From an uncultured delta proteobacterium (GTDB lineage Bacteria > Desulfobacterota > Binatia > Binatales > Binataceae), in the NCBI GenBank assembly GCA_963833025.1, contig CAWHWI010000001.1, positions 596,855-660,854 on the forward strand: 64,000 bases of DNA, in the 5' to 3' direction. The notes beneath the pieces were generated by a model. It was not told where the DNA came from. It saw nothing but the letters and a program-made list of their open reading frames with translations, and did no database searches. Each line of letters opens with the position of its first letter. Position 1 is the stretch's first letter. The position numbers were made by a program, and so were the translations under genes. Of the stretch, positions 59,487-64,000 are shown one piece after another.

Positions 59487-62423
59487 ATGCGCCGTATCGC
59501 GGTTGCCGTCTGGTCGCTTGCGCTCGCCCTGGTTACGCTCGGTTTTAGTGTACCTGCCGCTGCGGCCGGGCTGACGGTCACCGCCAGCGTTGCGTTCGGC
59601 AACGTGGACTTCGGCGTTACCGGTGCGACCAGCGCTAGCAAGAGCGTCAGGATAACCAATCCTCTCACCGGCCAGCCGGTTACAGGATTGAGTGTTCAGA
59701 TCACCGGTGCGGACGCCAGCGAGTTTGCAATCAGCAGCAACGGATGCACGTCAACGCTGGCCAAAGACACCAACTGCACGGTGATGCTGACCTTCACGCC
59801 CGCCGCGCTTGGCACACGCAACGCATCGCTGGCGGTCAGCGATACAGCGAACGCGAATGCCGGGTCGGCCGCTCTAAGCGGCGTCGGTGTCCCGGGCAAG
59901 CTTACGATCACTCCCCTGACCTCGAACTTCAGCAATATAGTTGTTGGAGCTACCAGCGCTGCAAAGACGACTACGCTTAAGAATCTCACCGGCGCGACTC
60001 TCCACATCGACAGCGTGGCGCCGTCGGGAGACTTCTCGAAGGCGAGCGACGGATGCAGCGGCAACGATCTGGTGCCGAGCGCGATCTGCGCAATCACCGC
60101 GACCTTCAGTCCCACCCAGACAGGTGCTCTCAGCGGAAACATGAGTATTACCGACGACGCGGCGAGCAGCCCCCAGTCGGTCACGCTTGAAGGGACCGGA
60201 ATACTGGCGAAGCCGACGTTCTCGTCGCCCTCGATTTCGTTCGGCAGGGTGCGGGTAGGCACTACGTCGGAGCCGACTAGCATCACGCTGTTCAACCCCA
60301 ACGTCCTGGCTATGCAAATTACGTCGATCACCACGAGCGGACCGTTCGCGGCAAATGGTGCCGCATGCGGCTCGCAGATTGGGGCGGGCGGAAACTGTCA
60401 AATCTCGATTACGTTCGATCCGACCAGCGACCCTACTCAGACAGGCACATCCGAGACCGGCAAACTGATCGTCGCCGACAACGCGACCGGGAGCCCGCAG
60501 ACCTTGAGTCTCAGCGGTGTAGCATTCGGCATCGCGCCGTCACCAACACCCACAGCAACCGCGACCGCAACTGCCACTGCCACAGCGACCGCGACCGCAA
60601 CTGCCACTGCCACAGCGACCCCAACTGCAACCGCGACCCCTTCGGTCGCGATTATCGGAACGGTGGAGGGTGGGCTTGGCCCCGTCTCAGGCGCTACGGT
60701 GACGCTCTATGCGGCGGGCACGGCTTACGGCTCGGGTGCTACAAGCTTGGGCAGCACAACCACATACGATGGCTACTTCATCCTGCCTTACACTCCGCCG
60801 GCCGCGCCCACAGTACTCTATCTGGTCGCGCTCGGAGGTAATGCCGGGTCCGGGAGCAACTCGGCGATCGGTTTGATGGGAGTGTTGGGGATGTCCAATG
60901 CCCTGCCTCAAGGGCTGCTCACGATCGACGAATTTACTACCGTGGCCGCCGAGTGGGCGCTGGCGCAGTTCATCGACTCGACGGGCCAGATCATCGGGGC
61001 GCCATCGAGCAACGCGACCGGCTTTGTCAATGCGGTCAACCAGTTGCAGGCTGATCTCGTCGATATCTCGACGGGCGAGCCAACGAGTTTCTGGAGCACT
61101 CAGCTCTCCGGTGACGGCCTGCAGCGGATGGTTACGATTGCGAACATCCTGGCGGCGTGCGTGGAGAGTTCCGGATCGTCGTCGAGCGCATGCACCACGC
61201 TGGTGAGCGGCGTCGGCACCACGTTGACGGCGGCGCATATGATGGCGACCGAACCGTCCGCGAACGTAGCTGCGTTTTTCGCTCTTCAGGGCGCGTCTCC
61301 GCCCTTTGCTGACGGTCTGAGCACCCAGCCCGACGGCTTTGAGATCGCGCTCGGTTTGGGTTATGACCCTGATCCCTCATCATTTAGCGGCTCCTTTTTC
61401 GACGGCCCCCAATTTCTGGCAATCGACGCCGCCGGCAACGTCTGGGTGACGAACACTGGTATGACCTTTGGTAACGACATCAGCGTGACCGAGTTGACCC
61501 CCAGCGGCGGCTTCATCTTCAACAACATCAACACCAGCGGCGCAAACTTCGACTTCCCGCAGGGCGTGGCAATCGACGCTGTCGGCAACGTCTGGGTGGC
61601 GAACTACGATGGCAACAGCGTGACTGTGTTGCCGCCCGGCTGCACCCCCACCGAATTCGGAGGTTGCACAGCCGGCAACTTCAACAACTCGTTAATCAGC
61701 AGCGCCAACTTCAACGGGCCGGTCGCAGTGGCAATCGACGCCGCCGGCAACGTCTGGGTGGCGAATAACGGCGGCAACAGCGTGACCGAATTGATCTCCA
61801 GAGTCGAATGGGCGGCGGCCCTCTATTTCGGTTTCGACAACTTCGACGGCCCGGCCGGCGTGGCAATCGACGCCGCCAGCAACGTCTGGGTGACGAATGA
61901 ATTGGGCGACAGCGTGAGCGAGGCCTCCGGCGGCGTTTTCGACTTCAACTTCACGAACAACTTCTTCGACGCAAACTTCGACTTCCCGCAGGGCGTGGCA
62001 ATCGACCCCGCCGGCAACGTCTGGGTGACGAACAACGCTGGCAACAGCGTGACCGAGTTTACCTCCAGCGACTTTTTCTTGCCCTTCACCAACGACGACA
62101 CCACCGGCGCCAACTTCGACGGCCCGGCCAGCGTGGCAATCGACGCCGCCGGCAACGTCTGGGTGACGAACAACCTTGGCAACAGCGTGACTGAGTTGCC
62201 GGCCGGCTGCTTCCCTGGAAGTTGCACAGCCAACAACTGGGGCGCCAGCGGCGCCAACTTCAAGGGGCCGGGCGGCGTGGCAATCGACGCCTCCGGCAAC
62301 GTCTGGGTGGCGAACAAGGACAGCGACACCGTGACCGAGATCTTGGGCGTGGCGCGCCCGGTCCTGACGCCGCAGGTCGCCTGTCTTAAGAAAACGCCGC
62401 CGCAAGCCGTCTGTCTGCCGTAG
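59487..62423 (+). CDS. Secreted protein (978 aa): signal peptide, three choice-of-anchor-D domains, Thr/Ala/Pro linker, central domain, six NHL-type beta-propeller repeats
   Basis: Repeated GVAIDAAGNVWVxNxxGNSVTE units; N-terminal domains with the G.V..G..S..K...I.N.G...L.I..C..L....C.V.F.P pattern. Confidence 0.85.
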   Translation: MRRIAVAVWSLALALVTLGFSVPAAAAGLTVTASVAFGNVDFGVTGATSASKSVRITNPLTGQPVTGLSVQITGADASEFAISSNGCTSTLAKDTNCTVMLTFTPAALGTRNASLAVSDTANANAGSAALSGVGVPGKLTITPLTSNFSNIVVGATSAAKTTTLKNLTGATLHIDSVAPSGDFSKASDGCSGNDLVPSAICAITATFSPTQTGALSGNMSITDDAASSPQSVTLEGTGILAKPTFSSPSISFGRVRVGTTSEPTSITLFNPNVLAMQITSITTSGPFAANGAACGSQIGAGGNCQISITFDPTSDPTQTGTSETGKLIVADNATGSPQTLSLSGVAFGIAPSPTPTATATATATATATATATATATATPTATATPSVAIIGTVEGGLGPVSGATVTLYAAGTAYGSGATSLGSTTTYDGYFILPYTPPAAPTVLYLVALGGNAGSGSNSAIGLMGVLGMSNALPQGLLTIDEFTTVAAEWALAQFIDSTGQIIGAPSSNATGFVNAVNQLQADLVDISTGEPTSFWSTQLSGDGLQRMVTIANILAACVESSGSSSSACTTLVSGVGTTLTAAHMMATEPSANVAAFFALQGASPPFADGLSTQPDGFEIALGLGYDPDPSSFSGSFFDGPQFLAIDAAGNVWVTNTGMTFGNDISVTELTPSGGFIFNNINTSGANFDFPQGVAIDAVGNVWVANYDGNSVTVLPPGCTPTEFGGCTAGNFNNSLISSANFNGPVAVAIDAAGNVWVANNGGNSVTELISRVEWAAALYFGFDNFDGPAGVAIDAASNVWVTNELGDSVSEASGGVFDFNFTNNFFDANFDFPQGVAIDPAGNVWVTNNAGNSVTEFTSSDFFLPFTNDDTTGANFDGPASVAIDAAGNVWVTNNLGNSVTELPAGCFPGSCTANNWGASGANFKGPGGVAIDASGNVWVANKDSDTVTEILGVARPVLTPQVACLKKTPPQAVCLP
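60561..60620 (+). repeat. Perfect 30-bp tandem duplication (gcgaccgcaactgccactgccacagcgacc x2) inside the Thr/Ala linker coding region
   Basis: Exact repeat read directly from the sequence. Confidence 0.8.
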
Positions 62424-62465
62424 CGCGGATTCGGCGCGATCGATTCCGCGCGCGACGTATTTCAA

Positions 62466-62551
62466 TGCCGGGGGGCGGGACTCGAACCCGCACGGAGGTC
62501 GCCCTCCTGAGAATTTTAAGTCCTCTGCATATACCATTTCACCACCCCGGC
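62466..62551 (-). tRNA. tRNA-Leu(UAA): tRNA-Leu (anticodon UAA), class II with long variable arm
   Basis: Reverse complement reads GCCGGGGUGGUGAAAUGGUA..GAGGA-CUUAAAA-UUCUC..GCGGGUUCGAGUCCCGC.., close to E. coli tRNA-Leu(UAA); CCA not encoded. Confidence 0.8.
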
Positions 62552-62753
62552 TACTGACTGCGCGGGACCGTTAAATCATAGACACACCCGGTTACGCATC
62601 GTCTTTTGACCTTCTACCGAACTGCGCAACCTGTCTCTGGTGTGGGGATCCAGGCCTAATCGTCTCGGCACCGCCCAAAAAGAGCGATTGAGGTACGACG
62701 GTTTCGCCCCGCGCCAGTTTGGGGTATTAGAAATCCGGGTTGAGTTCGCTGGC

Positions 62754-62783
62754 GCCGCGTGATGGGAGCCATTACTCAGTAGC
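62754..62783 (+). repeat. 30-bp direct repeat, copy 2 (reads ..ARVMGAITQ* in frame, a relic of a TPR-gene-like 3' end)
   Basis: gccgcgtgatgggagccattactcagtagc. Confidence 0.6.
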
Positions 62784-62819
62784 TAATTGCGCGAATAGCC
62801 AGTCGCGCGATGGAGTCAG

Positions 62820-63353
62820 ATGCAGGGCGAACTGGTCAGGCTGCGCGCTTACGAAAAAGCCGATGCCGACGCGTTGTTCCGATGGTTCTCGGACGAGGAA
62901 GTCACGCGATGGCTGGGGCCGCCCAATCTGCTCTCGCGCGCGCAGCAGGAAAAATTCATCGAGCTGGCGTCGGCCGGCGGCGACGACGCGAAGTACTTCG
63001 CGATCGAAACGCTCGACGGCAAGCTGGTCGGCGATTGCGGACTCAGGTTTATCGACTGGAAGAGCCGCAAGGCGGAATTCTTCCTCACGATCGGCGAGAA
63101 ACAGCTCTGGGGCAAGGGCTTGGGCACCGACGCGCTCCGCATCGTGATTCGATTGGCGTTCGACAAAATGAACTTGAATCGATTATGGCTCACCGTCCTG
63201 GCCGATAACTCCCGCGCCGTGCGATGCTACCAGAAATGCGGCTTCGTCCGCGAAGGACTGCTGCGACAGGAGAGTTTCGTCGACGGAAAATATCGCGACG
63301 TTCACCTGATGGCCCTGTTGCGCGAGGACTACCTGCGAACTCGAGGTGCATAG
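62820..63353 (+). CDS. GNAT family N-acetyltransferase (RimJ/RimL-like)
   Basis: 177 aa; acetyl-CoA binding region LWGKGLGTDAL and the conserved GNAT fold. Confidence 0.8.
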   Translation: MQGELVRLRAYEKADADALFRWFSDEEVTRWLGPPNLLSRAQQEKFIELASAGGDDAKYFAIETLDGKLVGDCGLRFIDWKSRKAEFFLTIGEKQLWGKGLGTDALRIVIRLAFDKMNLNRLWLTVLADNSRAVRCYQKCGFVREGLLRQESFVDGKYRDVHLMALLREDYLRTRGA

Positions 63354-63356
63354 ACT

Positions 63357-63752
63357 ATGGCATCGAAATCTTTCGAACGGCTGCAGCGCGCCGGCGACCA
63401 TCAGACGCTCCGTCTCACTCACTATGGACGCAAGAGCGGCCGCCCCTACGAAGTGACTATCTGGTACCTGGTCGACAACGGCCGGCTGTATCTCATCTCC
63501 GCCAATGCGAATCGCAACTGGGTGCGCAATGTGAAGGTGCGCCCGGCCATCTCGCTGCGGGTTGGCGACGAAGTCTTCAACGGCAACGTGCGCGTGATTA
63601 CCGACAAGCAGGAGCGCGACAAGGTGAACGGCCTCACCTTGCGCAAGTATTGGTACCTCGCTCCGATGCTTCGAGTTGGACAGTTTCTGATGTCGATGGG
63701 GATGGTGCGCGACAACACCGCCCACTTTGAAGTGATCCTCGCGGACGAATAG
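63357..63752 (+). CDS. Deazaflavin-dependent nitroreductase (Ddn/DUF385) family protein
   Basis: LTHYGRKSGRPYEVTIWY..DNGRLYLISANA..NWVRNV pattern typical of F420H2-dependent PNPOx-like reductases. Confidence 0.7.
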   Translation: MASKSFERLQRAGDHQTLRLTHYGRKSGRPYEVTIWYLVDNGRLYLISANANRNWVRNVKVRPAISLRVGDEVFNGNVRVITDKQERDKVNGLTLRKYWYLAPMLRVGQFLMSMGMVRDNTAHFEVILADE

Positions 63753-64000
63753 CTACGACGGATCTCCGCCTTCGGCTACGCGCTTGAGGCTCTCGACCCA
63801 GTTCTGATGCCCGCGCTCGAGCATCGGCCGCAAATACCACCACGCGAGTTTCGGCACGAGGCCGTTCTGACATTCCTCGGTGACGACGCGGCATCCGCCA
63901 CGCCCATCCGGTTCGATAAGCCAGCCGTGATAGGCGCGCAGCACTCCGCGCGCGTCCCATCCGAGTTCGTGCGCCGGTTCGAAGGTGATCACGCGGCTCG
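63753..64000 (-). CDS. SRPBCC (polyketide cyclase/dehydrase-like) family protein, probably partial (N-terminus beyond the window end)
   Basis: C-terminal 79 aa show the SRPBCC pattern; the ORF is open to the window edge. Confidence 0.45.
   Translation of the reverse strand, partial: SRVITFEPAHELGWDARGVLRAYHGWLIEPDGRGGCRVVTEECQNGLVPKLAWWYLRPMLERGHQNWVESLKRVAEGGDPS

Larger units (their letters stand above)
59127..62753 (+). mobile_element. Candidate integrated islet bounded by tRNA-Leu / partial tRNA-Leu and 30-bp direct repeats, carrying one large secreted protein gene and no integrase
   Basis: Nested direct repeats, an AT-rich (~47% GC) segment at 59272-59420, and a single cargo gene. Confidence 0.4.

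Overview
This 64 kb window comes from a high-GC (about 65-70%) Gram-negative-type chromosome. Evidence for that is sigma-54 EBP, HslUV, ErpA, LepB and F420-type LLM/Ddn enzymes. Most of it is densely packed housekeeping and biosynthetic genes. The minus strand carries an arginine-lysine supraoperon, argB-argD-argF-argG-(small Cys-rich ORF)-argH-lipoprotein-lysA-dapF-dapA-methyltransferase. It also carries ribH-hisF-hisH, ilvA, hslVU-xerC, and a tandem acyl-CoA dehydrogenase pair with an LLM oxidoreductase. The plus strand carries glmU-glmS, queG, a SirB1-like gene, lutB-lutC-lutA and a ClC channel. A sigma-54 activator sits divergent from an APC-Usp transporter fusion, and there is an orphan class I PHA synthase and a frameshifted APH-family pseudogene. 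Several non-routine features stand out. (1) A well-conserved glmS ribozyme lies between glmU and glmS, with compensatory covariation in P2. (2) A diverged but codon-preserving duplicate of the glmS 3' tail lies about 680 bp downstream, bracketing a one-gene insert. (3) A roughly 3.6 kb segment is flanked by a full tRNA-Leu(UAA) and a 47-bp partial copy of its 3' half, and by a 30-bp direct repeat that reproduces the stop-codon region of the upstream TPR gene. It carries one large secreted NHL-repeat / choice-of-anchor-D protein, which suggests a small integrated island without its own integrase. (4) A 1805-aa secreted SBBP/Kelch/choice-of-anchor-D giant protein is followed directly by a signal peptidase I gene. 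(5) A low-GC (about 50%) partial gene at the window start encodes a protein with a HEPN-like Rx4H motif and looks horizontally acquired. (6) A family of short hairpin-rich dispersed repeats occurs twice, in inverted orientation. Smaller oddities are a ferredoxin-zinc-ribbon fusion, an HslV with no start codon directly before its catalytic Thr, an ErpA with a His-rich leader, and perfect 30-bp tandem repeats in Thr/Ala linker-coding DNA. Many overlapping ORFs in the six-frame track are high-GC alternative-frame artefacts and are not reported.
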